64,000 bases of DNA, from positions 8,943 through 72,942 of the forward strand of contig JANRLJ010000218.1 in NCBI GenBank assembly GCA_033762735.1, given 5' to 3'. Position numbers and translations under genes: made by a program. Shown here one piece after another: positions 1 to 9,673 of this stretch. This stretch comes from a bacterium (GTDB taxonomy: Bacteria > Chloroflexota > Anaerolineae > Aggregatilineales > Phototrophicaceae). The notes under the pieces were generated by a model. That model was not told the DNA's origin and did not search any database. It saw nothing but the letters and a program-made list of their open reading frames with translations. The number at the start of each line of letters is the position of its first letter. Within the stretch, counting starts at the first letter, position 1.

Positions 1-246
1 TCGGGAAAGGGTCGTTTCAGTCTCATGCCGTAATCGTAGCGTGAGGCCGCCGCTTTGCAAACGGGTAAAGTGGGTCAATCAAAGACGTGAACAGTCCATC
101 GACAGAGCAAAGACGGTGCCTCGTAGGGGAGGACTAAGGGCGATTTCGCCAGCCTGTCCTCCTGTGCATTCTCATGTTGTTGATGTAGTCGCTTTTCCCC
201 TGCATCCCGCCTTTCCAAAGCGCGTTGAAAAACCAATTACCAACAA

Positions 247-756
247 CTACCGCGTCTCTGACAGCACCCGCCCGTCACTGATGAACGACACGCCCTCCGT
301 CCCCCGGCGGCTGACCATCACCGCCTCGATCACAGGTTCATACACGGGCTGTTCCGCACCCCATTCCACCAGGAAGTTCGCGCCCCAGCCGCCTGCGGTG
401 TCTTCCACCACAAAACCGACCGTCGCCAGCGGCGGCACCTGCGCGGACTGCTCAACATAATCGCGCACAAGGTTGCCGTCGGTGTCGTAATAGCGCACCG
501 AGGAGACGATGATCGGGTTTTCGGGATCGCTGTTGTGGATTGCCAGCGTGACCGTGAGCGGCAGCCGATCTACCGGGCTGCCGTAGAAAATTTCCGAATA
601 AGCCGGGACGTAGACCAACTGCCCGGTGACGATCTGCACATTCTGGCTGGTGACAGGCTGCAAGTTCTGCGTGGGTGGCGAGGCGGTGTTGCCCTCGCAG
701 GCCGCCAGCAGCAGCGTCATGCCCAGCAGGATAAAGCCAATTTTGCGAGAAGCCAC
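247..756 (-). CDS. DUF3124-like secreted lipoprotein
   Basis: Frame of ORF 247..846. The likely start is the GTG at 756, four nt after AGGAGG, which gives n-region RK, a hydrophobic h-region and a LAAC lipobox. The conserved C-terminal region is DUF3124-like. Confidence 0.55.
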   Translation of the reverse strand: MASRKIGFILLGMTLLLAACEGNTASPPTQNLQPVTSQNVQIVTGQLVYVPAYSEIFYGSPVDRLPLTVTLAIHNSDPENPIIVSSVRYYDTDGNLVRDYVEQSAQVPPLATVGFVVEDTAGGWGANFLVEWGAEQPVYEPVIEAVMVSRRGTEGVSFISDGRVLSETR

Positions 757-961
757 AGCACCTCCTGAATGGTTTTCTACTCTCACCTGATCGGTGCAAG
801 TATAGCGGGCATTTGGGGGATGAGCATTCCTGCTGATGTCTGACACAGGGGGGTGGTGAAACTCACGGCGATGTATGGGCGACGGGGCGCTTTACGTTTT
901 GCGGTTTAAACACTATACTTGAACAAATTATCTAATATTCTTCCTGCCTGGAGATCAATCC

Positions 962-2308
962 TTGCCAGAATACCAACTGCCGTTATTCAGTGATTCCGCG
1001 TTCCCCTCCATTCCGTCCGAAACGCGCACCCTCGCCGCTATGGGAACCTTCAAGGACAGTAAAAGGGCACCCATACACAGTTGGTTCAAATACCCTGCTG
1101 GCTATTCCAACCAGTTTGTAGCAGACATTATGCAACGGTTCGATATTCTACCCGGACATTGGATATACGACCCTTTCAGCGGTACGGGCACGACGCTCGT
1201 TTGTGCTAAACAAGCCGGCATTAATGGTTATGGTGTTGAAGCGCATTCCTTCGTGCATTGGGTGGCGCAAGTCAAGTTATTCTGGGAATTTGACAAATCT
1301 ACCTTTGGGTCAACCGTTGATGATCTCCTTCAACAAGCACGGGACTTCGTTGGTTCAAAAGCCAGTTCGACCTCAACAGAAGGCGCGTTCCCCGAACTGA
1401 TTTACAAATGCTATCATCCACAAACCCTGATTGAACTTTATCTTTTACGGGAATTCATCTCCAAAGAGATCGTAGACGAACCCCTCAAAAACTGGTTCAA
1501 ACTGGCTCTGACCGATACTCTGCGCACTGCCGCCGCCGCCGGAACAGGCTGGCCCTATATCGCTCCCAACAAAAATACTGGGGACAAACCACCCAAGGAT
1601 GCACTTCGCCTGTTTGAAAAAACTGTGAAAAAGATGGCAGAGGATTTGTTTTACGCAGGGCATTCAAAGCACAAGTGTGAAATTCACAATATCCTGGGGG
1701 ACTCACGGCAGCAGCAATCCCTCTCCGAGCAGCAGATCGACCTGGGATTAACTTCTCCCCCCTACCTGAATAATTATGATTACGCTGATCGGACTCGTCT
1801 GGAAACGTACTTCTGGGGTATCGCTCAAAGCTGGAAAGACATAACCGATCAGTTCAGGAACAAACTTATGGTGGCTGCCACCACACAGATTGTGCGTAAA
1901 AATTTCGATGTTGAAAGCACACTATCTGAAGACGTTCGTGCCATTAGTCCCAACGTTTACACTGCTGTACAGACCGCCGTACTGGAGTTGTCGAAGCGCC
2001 GTCCTCAAAAAGGCGGGAAAAAAGACTATGATCTGATGGTCGCATTGTATGTCAACGACATTCTGGCGGTACTTAAGGAAGCCTATCGCACTTTACGACG
2101 GGGCGGGCATTTTTGTTTGGTCCTGGGAGACTCAGCACCTTATGGAGTTCATATCCCGACCGAAACCATTGTCGGAGAACTTGGGTTAGGGCTGGGGTTT
2201 TCTGAATTTACCTACGAGGAATTTCGTACTCGCGGCGGAAAATGGAAGGACAATCCACAACGCCACACCGTTCCCCTGCGCGAAGGTATGGTCACTCTTA
2301 AAAAGTAA
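962..2308 (+). CDS. N6-adenine/N4-cytosine DNA methyltransferase (motif I before motif IV order)
   Basis: TTG start with GGAGAT upstream. An AdoMet motif I (DPFSGTGTT) lies near the N-terminus and a catalytic motif IV (TSPPY) at about aa 265. The region is lower in GC than its flanks and a candidate restriction-endonuclease gene sits 37 nt downstream. Confidence 0.8.
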   Translation: MPEYQLPLFSDSAFPSIPSETRTLAAMGTFKDSKRAPIHSWFKYPAGYSNQFVADIMQRFDILPGHWIYDPFSGTGTTLVCAKQAGINGYGVEAHSFVHWVAQVKLFWEFDKSTFGSTVDDLLQQARDFVGSKASSTSTEGAFPELIYKCYHPQTLIELYLLREFISKEIVDEPLKNWFKLALTDTLRTAAAAGTGWPYIAPNKNTGDKPPKDALRLFEKTVKKMAEDLFYAGHSKHKCEIHNILGDSRQQQSLSEQQIDLGLTSPPYLNNYDYADRTRLETYFWGIAQSWKDITDQFRNKLMVAATTQIVRKNFDVESTLSEDVRAISPNVYTAVQTAVLELSKRRPQKGGKKDYDLMVALYVNDILAVLKEAYRTLRRGGHFCLVLGDSAPYGVHIPTETIVGELGLGLGFSEFTYEEFRTRGGKWKDNPQRHTVPLREGMVTLKK

Positions 2309-2345
2309 TGTTTACCCTGTAATAAGCGTGTAGAGTTGCACAAAA

Positions 2346-3323
2346 ATGCCTAAATCAAAACCAGTAAAAATTTACTCTTCAGACGACGGGCAGGCCGCCG
2401 CAAGCAAGTTTGGTCAGATGCTTGGCGATGCGTTTGCGTCGGTCGTGTACCAGCATATTCAGCGCTACTTGGCGCGTCAGTATCCGCAGTATGTCCTGTT
2501 GGAACCGGAAGATGGCCGAAAACTGGTAAAGTTCGACATGCTGGGAGGAACCTTACGGCAACTGGACAACGTTATCATCGAGGTAAATTCGATTGACCCT
2601 GTTGCCCTGTTTGAAACAAAGTGGTTGAAGGATGGTCGGCATCATAATGACAAAGGCGCGTGGATTCTTCAACTGAGAGAGATCAGCCGCCGCCACCCCA
2701 CAGTACGCGGTATGGTTGCAAACCTGGCCGGATACTGGACAGAGGGTGTCCGTGTGATGTTTGAGAGTGAAGGGCGCGTGAGGATGGTGCTGGTTGCAAC
2801 GGATGTTGAGGTTTACAGCACACTCCAACCTCACATCGACACTTATACCCAGGCCAATCATTTAGAAGCTCTTAAGCTTGATAACATCCGGGCAATTCGT
2901 AACAGGCTTCCCCGTGCCTGGGACTTAGCCAACTGTCTGGCAGCACTCAAACAAGCAGGCGTACTTGACCAAATTGCACAGGCGTGGCTGTCTTTTGAAA
3001 GAGATCAGGATGCGGGTGGCAATCCAATCGATGGCGCAGGTCTGATCGAGGCGGCTATTGATAAAGTTCTTAAACCACTTCCTGAAAATCCCCGTATTGT
3101 TGGTTTTGAGATTTCGCTTCAAGTGGAGTCGGGTAACGTAATTCATCAGGGATTTACAGACCTGGAAGAAGCCCTGGAATTCATGCAGCGCTATACCACC
3201 AATCCACAGGCAGTTCTCGAAACGATTACACCTAAAGAAAAGGCCTCCGCTTCCCTGGAGGAGGAAATTGCCTCCTTTGATGAAGCGAACAGCAAAGACT
3301 TATCGGACGAGCTTTCGGAATAA
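2346..3323 (+). CDS. Hypothetical protein; candidate type II restriction endonuclease partner of the upstream methyltransferase
   Basis: Co-oriented and 37 nt downstream of the MTase, in the same lower-GC block. I recognise no conserved family; the call rests on gene context only. Confidence 0.4.
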   Translation: MPKSKPVKIYSSDDGQAAASKFGQMLGDAFASVVYQHIQRYLARQYPQYVLLEPEDGRKLVKFDMLGGTLRQLDNVIIEVNSIDPVALFETKWLKDGRHHNDKGAWILQLREISRRHPTVRGMVANLAGYWTEGVRVMFESEGRVRMVLVATDVEVYSTLQPHIDTYTQANHLEALKLDNIRAIRNRLPRAWDLANCLAALKQAGVLDQIAQAWLSFERDQDAGGNPIDGAGLIEAAIDKVLKPLPENPRIVGFEISLQVESGNVIHQGFTDLEEALEFMQRYTTNPQAVLETITPKEKASASLEEEIASFDEANSKDLSDELSE

Positions 3324-3326
3324 GCA

Positions 3327-4172
3327 TCACTCGCGGGGCAGCGTGAAAATATCGTAGGTGTAGACTTCCTCGAAGCCGAATTTGCGATACAGCCCATAGC
3401 CCTGCACCCCTGCCGTCAGCACGATCATGCCGCTGTCGGTCGGCGCATCGGCCAGAATCCGCGCCAGAATCGCGCTGCCCAGTCCCCGCCTGCCTACATC
3501 AGGCAGCGTCGCCATCACATACACGCCGGGTATCCCCGCGCCCATCACCAGCGCCCCCATCGCAGCAGGGGCTTGCCCATACACGCCAGCCAGATACAGC
3601 CTTGCCGGGTCGCCGCGCAGCCAATCGTCGGCCATGTCTTCAAAATAGGTCGGTGCCGCGCCTTCAGGAAAGCGAAAGGCGATGCGCCGAATCGTGCTGG
3701 CCGCTTCCAGATCAGCACGGCATTCCGCCTGCCACACGCGCACGGTATCAGGGACGTTCATCGTCACAAGCGGCGCATGTAGCGGCACAGGTAGTGCGGC
3801 CACCATCGCGGGCAGGGGTGCGCGTCCGCTGATGAAGCCGTGCACGGGCAGCCGATCCTTTACCCTTGCATGGCGCGGGCTAAGCCACCAGTTCCATGCC
3901 GCGACTTCGCGCTCTGCGAAGAACGCTTTCACCTGCTCGATTTCGGCGTCGATCTCCGCGTCTGGTGTGTCAGCGGGGAAGTCACCGCCCAGCGCGAGAT
4001 TCAGCAGCGGCACGGGTATTCCGGTCGCGCTGGCGCGGATGCCCTTGCCCTGAAAACGCGCACCGTTCGGCGCACGGGAGGCCAGCCAGCTTTGCACCGC
4101 CAGGGTGTGCTCGTCAGCACGGCGGAGGATTTCGCCTGGGGAGAGTCCGGTAGCAGTGGTCAGGGTGTGCAT
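3327..4172 (-). CDS. GNAT family N-acetyltransferase
   Basis: Acetyl-CoA binding-type motif (VMATLPDVGRRGLGSAILARI) in the C-terminal half. The ORF is cleanly bounded. Confidence 0.7.
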   Translation of the reverse strand: MHTLTTATGLSPGEILRRADEHTLAVQSWLASRAPNGARFQGKGIRASATGIPVPLLNLALGGDFPADTPDAEIDAEIEQVKAFFAEREVAAWNWWLSPRHARVKDRLPVHGFISGRAPLPAMVAALPVPLHAPLVTMNVPDTVRVWQAECRADLEAASTIRRIAFRFPEGAAPTYFEDMADDWLRGDPARLYLAGVYGQAPAAMGALVMGAGIPGVYVMATLPDVGRRGLGSAILARILADAPTDSGMIVLTAGVQGYGLYRKFGFEEVYTYDIFTLPRE

Positions 4173-4282
4173 GAAGAATCTTTTTATTGAGCATTACGAA
4201 AAAGTTTAACCACAGAGAACACAGAGCACACAGAGATTCGGAGTTAAAATCCGGTAAAATTGCGCTGGAATACTTTTAGTGT

Positions 4283-5284
4283 ATGTCAAATATTGACAGA
4301 AGACGAATAACTGAGATGGCGACGTTAGAACCAGCTTATCCCCAAAACCTGTATAAATCCGCCGAGGGCTACGCGCAGATCATGCAGTGGTATGAGAGCG
4401 CCGTCACCCGCCTGCCCATTCCCGTTGAGTCGCGCTACGTCAACACCCGCTACGGACAGACGCACATGCTCACCTGTGGCGACCCTGCCGCCCCGCCGCT
4501 GCTGCTGGTGCAGGGCTATGGCGCGAGCGCTCCCCTGTGGCACAAGCAGTTGGCCGACTTCGCGCAGCATTACCGCGTGTATGCGCTTGATATCGTCGGG
4601 CAGCCGGGCAAAAGTGCGCCGATGCTGCCGGGGCTGTTTGGTGACGGCTATGCGCAGTGGATGGTCGATGTGCTGGACGCGCTGGAGATCGAGCGGGCGG
4701 ACGTGGCCGGTGTGTGCCTGGGCGGATGGATTGTGATGAAACTGGCGGCGTATGCACCGGAACGCCTCAAAAGGGCGGTGATGCTGTCCCCGGTGGGCAT
4801 CGCCTCATTTAAGATTTACGTTCGCAGCGGCATTCCGCTGGTGCTGAACTTCGGGCGCGATATGGACGCGGCGGGACTGCGCCTGCTGCGGATGGCCTTT
4901 ACGCCACCGGGCAGCGGCCTGCAGTTCGACCGGGAACTGGCGCGGGCGTTCGTCCCGGTTATCAAGCATTATCGCGTCGGCGTGGTGGCCGGGATCGGCA
5001 GCGGAACGCCCTCCCCGCGTGAACTGTGGGCGGGGACGCGGGCGCTGGTCAAGTTCGTGCGGGGAGAGCCAGCCGCGACTCTGCGAAAGATGGCCGTGCC
5101 GACCCTGCTTCTGGTGGGCGAACACGAGGCGATTTATAATCCCCGCGCGGCGGTGCGGCGGGCACAGCGCCATATCCCTGACGTGATTGCGGAGATTATT
5201 GAGGGGACAGGCCACGCCACGATCTACGACCGCCCCGACGTAGTAAATCCGCGCATCCTTCGCTTTCTACAGGTGGGTACATGA
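4283..5284 (+). CDS. Alpha/beta-fold hydrolase
   Basis: HG-like oxyanion region (LLLVQGYGAS) and a nucleophile elbow G-x-C/S-x-G (VCLGGW). The start may instead be the ATG at 4319. Confidence 0.7.
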   Translation: MSNIDRRRITEMATLEPAYPQNLYKSAEGYAQIMQWYESAVTRLPIPVESRYVNTRYGQTHMLTCGDPAAPPLLLVQGYGASAPLWHKQLADFAQHYRVYALDIVGQPGKSAPMLPGLFGDGYAQWMVDVLDALEIERADVAGVCLGGWIVMKLAAYAPERLKRAVMLSPVGIASFKIYVRSGIPLVLNFGRDMDAAGLRLLRMAFTPPGSGLQFDRELARAFVPVIKHYRVGVVAGIGSGTPSPRELWAGTRALVKFVRGEPAATLRKMAVPTLLLVGEHEAIYNPRAAVRRAQRHIPDVIAEIIEGTGHATIYDRPDVVNPRILRFLQVGT

Positions 5285-6057
5285 ACTGGACAGGGTTGGC
5301 TGCGCTTGCCTGGGATCCTTCCGGCGGTGACGAGACACAGTGGGATTTCGACTTTATCAAGGCAGTCGTCGAGCAGGGAAATGGGCCGGCGCTGGATGTG
5401 GGCTGCGGGACGGGGCGGCTGCTCATCCGCTATATGCAGGCCGGGCTGGACGTGGACGGCGTGGATACCTCCGCCGATATGCTCGAACTCTGCCGGGAAA
5501 AAGCGGCGAAGGTCGGGCTGCAACCGAACCTGTATCAGCAGGGCATGCAGGCGCTTGATCTGCCGCGCCAGTATCAGACTATTTTTGTGCCGTGTGGCTC
5601 CTTCTGCCTCGTGATCGACCGGGCAGAAGCGCAGGAGACGCTGCGCCGCTTCCATGCCCATCTGCTGCCGGGCGGGACACTGCTGTTCAACCTGTTCTGG
5701 CAGTTCGGCTACGGTGAACCGCTCTCCGATCAGCCACCTGTGCCGATTGGTGAGTGGCGTCCGCTGCATCAGCAAACCCTGCCCGATGGCCGCCGCATGG
5801 AGCAGACGCTCCGGCGCGATTCGGTGGATCGCTGGAATCAGGTCATGTATGCCAGCCGCCGCTATCAGCTTTTCGACGGGGATGCGCTGGTGGCCGAGGA
5901 AATCTTCCCGGCGAACGAGCGCTGGTATTTCCAGTATGAACTGCTGGCGATGCTGCAGGAAGCGGGCTTCCACAGCATTCAGATCAAAGGCGACTACACC
6001 GACGCACATTTTCATGATGGCAAACACTCGACGATGGTCATCCTGGCACAGAAATAG
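5281..6057 (+). CDS. Class I SAM-dependent methyltransferase
   Basis: Motif I (LDVGCGTGRL) and the post-I acidic residue are present. The gene is translationally coupled to the upstream gene by an ATGA overlap. Confidence 0.75.
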   Translation: MNWTGLAALAWDPSGGDETQWDFDFIKAVVEQGNGPALDVGCGTGRLLIRYMQAGLDVDGVDTSADMLELCREKAAKVGLQPNLYQQGMQALDLPRQYQTIFVPCGSFCLVIDRAEAQETLRRFHAHLLPGGTLLFNLFWQFGYGEPLSDQPPVPIGEWRPLHQQTLPDGRRMEQTLRRDSVDRWNQVMYASRRYQLFDGDALVAEEIFPANERWYFQYELLAMLQEAGFHSIQIKGDYTDAHFHDGKHSTMVILAQK

Positions 6058-6273
6058 ACGGCGGGCTTAGCCTGATTTTGCTACAACTTATTTCAAGAAT
6101 GGTCATTGTACGGGCGACGCGCGCATCGCCCGTACCGCGATAGCTTCCAGAAACTCCGTAGGGATACAGCATCCCGTGTCCCTACACGCCGCGAAACATT
6201 GTTGAGAAAAGCTATCCTATTCCGTAGGCCAATCGTCCAGCAGGGTTCATATCCCTGTGCCATACTGAGCGGT

Positions 6274-7269
6274 ATGAGAACCCACATGCGCTCCCTCACT
6301 GTTGGTCTGATGATCGCGCTGGTCGTGCTGCTCAGTGTGCCGCTGCTTCATTCAAGCACCGTTCGCGCTGACGACTCCGCCGATCAAGGCCTGCCCTTCT
6401 TCCGGCAGGACATCCTCACCTACACCCGCTTTAATCCCGCTGTCGGCCAGTACGGCGATTATGAGATCGTCTTCCATGACCTGCTGAGTGGTGGCCGCTA
6501 CACGCTGCCTATCCCCCCCTATCAGGACTTTTATGGCTGGAGCGAGACAGGTCGCTTTGCCTTCCTCTCCGATGTGGAGGGCAACACCGAAGTCTATATA
6601 TGGGAAGAGGGCAAGCTGACCAACATCAGCCAGCATCCGATGAACGACTGGCGGCCAGCGATCAGCCCCGATGGACGGGTGGCCTTCGCCTCTGAGCGCG
6701 ACGGCAACATGGAAATTTACGTGTGGGACGGGGAAGGGCTGACCAATGTGAGCCAGTCCCCCGCTTATGAGGATTACCCGGCGCTCAGCAGTGATGGGCG
6801 GATTGCCTATGTGCGCGGTGATGATGAACTCGTCATTCGGGACATCGGCGCTAAGCAGACCATCCTCGGCCAATTCCCCCGTTTTTTCGCACCCGCGTGG
6901 AGCCGAGACGGGGAGCTTGCCACACTCCAGACCAACGAGGGCTATCCCTACCGGGTTAACCTGTTTCGGCAGGGCATTCCCGTCATCCTCCACGACACCG
7001 GCACCTATACCCGCTTTGCCTGGAGCCGGGATGGGCGGCTGGCCTTTACAGCAGGCAGTGACATTTACGTTTGGGACGGCGAAGCGACGACGCCGCTGAT
7101 CGAACACGAGGCGCAGGACTTCTCGCCTGCGTGGAGTTCAGACGGGCGGCTGGCGTTTGTCTCCATGCGTGAAGGCTACAGCGCGATCTATGTGCGTGAA
7201 CTGGATGGCACGATTCGGCGCATCACCGCCCCGAACGAAAGCGTGAGCGCCCCGGTGTGGAAGCCATGA
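6274..7269 (+). CDS. TolB-like/PD40 beta-propeller repeat protein (secreted)
   Basis: Repeated PD40 motifs (SPDGRVAFASERDGNMEIYVWDGEG and similar). A signal peptide follows the internal ATG at 6274. The upstream part of ORF 6106.. is repeat sequence and is not coding. Confidence 0.7.
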   Translation: MRTHMRSLTVGLMIALVVLLSVPLLHSSTVRADDSADQGLPFFRQDILTYTRFNPAVGQYGDYEIVFHDLLSGGRYTLPIPPYQDFYGWSETGRFAFLSDVEGNTEVYIWEEGKLTNISQHPMNDWRPAISPDGRVAFASERDGNMEIYVWDGEGLTNVSQSPAYEDYPALSSDGRIAYVRGDDELVIRDIGAKQTILGQFPRFFAPAWSRDGELATLQTNEGYPYRVNLFRQGIPVILHDTGTYTRFAWSRDGRLAFTAGSDIYVWDGEATTPLIEHEAQDFSPAWSSDGRLAFVSMREGYSAIYVRELDGTIRRITAPNESVSAPVWKP

Positions 7270-7288
7270 GCGGCATCAGAGAAGGTGC

Positions 7289-7714
7289 CTATTCTGCCAG
7301 CAGCCAGGCGATGGCTTCCTCGCGCTGGTCGGGGCGGAACAGGCGCACAATTTCGGTCGAACTGCGCAGCATTTGAATAAAAGAATTCACAATCGAGATA
7401 AACGTGTTGTCGATCAGCAGGGCGATGCGGCTGCTCTGGCGCTGAGGGAAACGATCCGCAAAGGACCGACCGCGCTGGAAGGCATACGTCAGCGGCACAA
7501 TGCCGACGGTCGAATCCACCAGCATCAGGAAAGGCTCGCCGGGCTGGCGAGCGGCTCGCAGAATTTCCAACTGCGCCAGCCATTCATCGACTACCTGGCG
7601 TGAAGGCTTATGGAAGACAAATTCGTGCCAGGTTGTGGCGGCTTCGGTTCGCAGGGTGTAGGAGAGATGCGTTACCTGGTCGGTTTTGTGCTCAATGGGC
7701 GTGTTCATCATCAT
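7289..7714 (-). CDS. Hypothetical protein
   Basis: Clean ORF with ATGATGATG start codons following GAAGG. I do not recognise a family. It is divergent from the SWIM operon promoter region. Confidence 0.45.
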   Translation of the reverse strand: MMMNTPIEHKTDQVTHLSYTLRTEAATTWHEFVFHKPSRQVVDEWLAQLEILRAARQPGEPFLMLVDSTVGIVPLTYAFQRGRSFADRFPQRQSSRIALLIDNTFISIVNSFIQMLRSSTEIVRLFRPDQREEAIAWLLAE

Positions 7715-7971
7715 TAACCTTCGTTGTTGCTGCATAGAGATGAATCTTTGCAGCATCATACATCACTTCACCACAGCGCGTAAGGATTTTCATAACTTTT
7801 TCGTGCAGATATAGCCATTCGGCCACAGGGCATGTAGAACAAAAATTCAATTCGGAGATGAGAACATTTGTGCGTTCTTTACACAAGCCTAAGCCTTTTT
7901 TGGCATGAATGTCCTGTAGAATGCAGGATAGCATGAGCGAATTCAGCAGCAGGTAGACTCAACAGACCTTT

Positions 7972-9336
7972 ATGCCACTGACGTTAAGCGAAGATCACAT
8001 TTTCACCCTCAGCGGTGATACCGGTGTTTTGAAGGACGGGCGCAAGCTGGCGACCCCTGCCAAATGGTCAGACGTGGGCGCGAGTGACGAGGCCGCCTGG
8101 GGAGCGTGCCAGGGCAGCGCGAAGGAACCGTATAAGGTCGCGGTTGATCTGGGCGGCGGCGAACCGGGCTATAAGTGCAACTGCCCCAGCCGCAAGTTCC
8201 CCTGCAAGCACGCCATCGGCCTGCTGTATCTGATCCTCAATCAGCAGCCCGCCGCGCAGGAACCGCCCGGTTGGGCATCGAGCTGGCTGGCTGGCCGCCG
8301 ACAACGCGCGGAAGCGAAAGCGAATACTGCATCCAGAACGGACTCGGATGCGCCTTCGCCCGCGACCATCAAAAGCGAAGCGGCGCGGGAGGCGGCGCGA
8401 GAGGCCAAAGTCCGCGCCGGGATGGAAGAACTGCGGCTGTGGCTGCGCGATCTGGCGCGGCGTGGTCTGGCGGACAGCACCATCAAGACCTATGAATTCT
8501 GGGATCGCATGGCGGCGCGGCTGGCTGATGCCCAGGCCAGTGCGCTGGCGAAACGGCTGCGGGCGCTGGCCGGGCTGCCCTTCCAGGTCAAGACGGACTG
8601 GACGACGCGGATGCTGGACGAAATCGGGCGGATTCATCTGCTGGTGGAGGCTTATTTCCGCCTCGATACACTCCCGCCGGATTTGCAGGAGGACGTGCGC
8701 ACGCTGATCGGCTGGACGACCAAAAAGGAAGAGGTCGAGGCGCTGCCCGGTCTGCGCGATCTGTGGTGGGTGATGGGACAGTACGACGACGTGGAAGATC
8801 GCCTCAAGGTGCGCCGCGCCTGGGTGTATGGGCAGCGCAGCGGCCAGACCGCCCTGCTGCTGGCGTTCGCCTTCGGGAATGCCTCGCTCGACTTCAATTA
8901 CACACCGGGGCAGTCGTTCGAGGCGGAACTGGCCTTCTATCCGAGTGCCTATCCGCAGCGGGCGGTGCTGAAACAGATGCACAGCGCCGTTCATCGTCCC
9001 ACTTTGTCGGCAGGCGTGGTGCCGCACGGCTTCCTCTATGACGATTTCGAGTCAGCGTTTGCGGCCTATGCCGAGGCGCTGGCGCAAAACCCCTGGCTCG
9101 ACCGCTTCCCGATGGGGCTGCGCGGGGCGCTGCCGCTCAACCGGGCCAACAGCTATGTGATTCGTGACGTGCAGGGGCGTATCGTGCCAATGCAGTTGTA
9201 TAGCGGCCTCACGATCAGTCTGCTGCTGTTCCCGGCGCTGACGGGCGGGCATCCGATTCCGGTCTTCGGTGAATGGAACGGCTACGACTTCCGGCTTATC
9301 ACCCTCGTCTCCGACGGCGCGATGGTCGAGATGTGA
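7972..9336 (+). CDS. SWIM zinc-finger family protein
   Basis: A CxCxnCxH SWIM motif (YKCNCPSRKFPCKH) near the N-terminus. It is the first gene of a five-gene co-oriented cluster. Confidence 0.75.
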   Translation: MPLTLSEDHIFTLSGDTGVLKDGRKLATPAKWSDVGASDEAAWGACQGSAKEPYKVAVDLGGGEPGYKCNCPSRKFPCKHAIGLLYLILNQQPAAQEPPGWASSWLAGRRQRAEAKANTASRTDSDAPSPATIKSEAAREAAREAKVRAGMEELRLWLRDLARRGLADSTIKTYEFWDRMAARLADAQASALAKRLRALAGLPFQVKTDWTTRMLDEIGRIHLLVEAYFRLDTLPPDLQEDVRTLIGWTTKKEEVEALPGLRDLWWVMGQYDDVEDRLKVRRAWVYGQRSGQTALLLAFAFGNASLDFNYTPGQSFEAELAFYPSAYPQRAVLKQMHSAVHRPTLSAGVVPHGFLYDDFESAFAAYAEALAQNPWLDRFPMGLRGALPLNRANSYVIRDVQGRIVPMQLYSGLTISLLLFPALTGGHPIPVFGEWNGYDFRLITLVSDGAMVEM

Positions 9337-9344
9337 GGGATGTA

Positions 9345-9616
9345 TCGAGTACTGAGTGGTGAGTACCGAGTGATGAGGCATGAGTAGGGGCGCACCTATG
9401 TGTGCGCCCGTAAAGGGCAAAGAAAAAGATTTGACGCAAAGGTTCGCAAAGAAACGGGAGATGGTAGGGGCGCACCTATGTGTGCGCCCGTAAAGGACAA
9501 AGAAACGGGATTGATGTCGTAGGGACACGGCATGCCGTGTCCGGCACAACCCAACCTGAACGACCAACCGATTTGTTGCAACCTTCCCGTAGGGGCGACG
9601 TGCGCGTCGCCCGTAC
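9345..9616. repeat. Composite REP-like block: GAGTACCGAGT satellite plus four GTAGGG-stem-loop-CCCTAC palindromes and an AAGATTTGACGCAAAGGTTCGCAAAG module
   Basis: Palindromes seen directly at 9384-9412, 9464-9492, 9519-9542 and 9589-9616. The same modules recur at 14005-14880 and 16172-16340. Confidence 0.85.
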
Positions 9617-9673
9617 ACAAGCCAGCATCACAACCGCTGTTAACCAAATTTAAGGTGATTAAACGAACATAAC

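Noticed and set aside
41-460. 139-aa plus-strand ORF at the window start
   Set aside because: It overlaps the better-supported DUF3124 lipoprotein gene on the opposite strand. Its translation is low-complexity with no RBS or motif support.
6106-6273. N-terminal 56 codons of ORF 6106..7269
   Set aside because: This stretch is occupied by two REP-like palindromes. A proper signal peptide begins at the internal ATG at 6274, so the upstream part is treated as non-coding repeat sequence.
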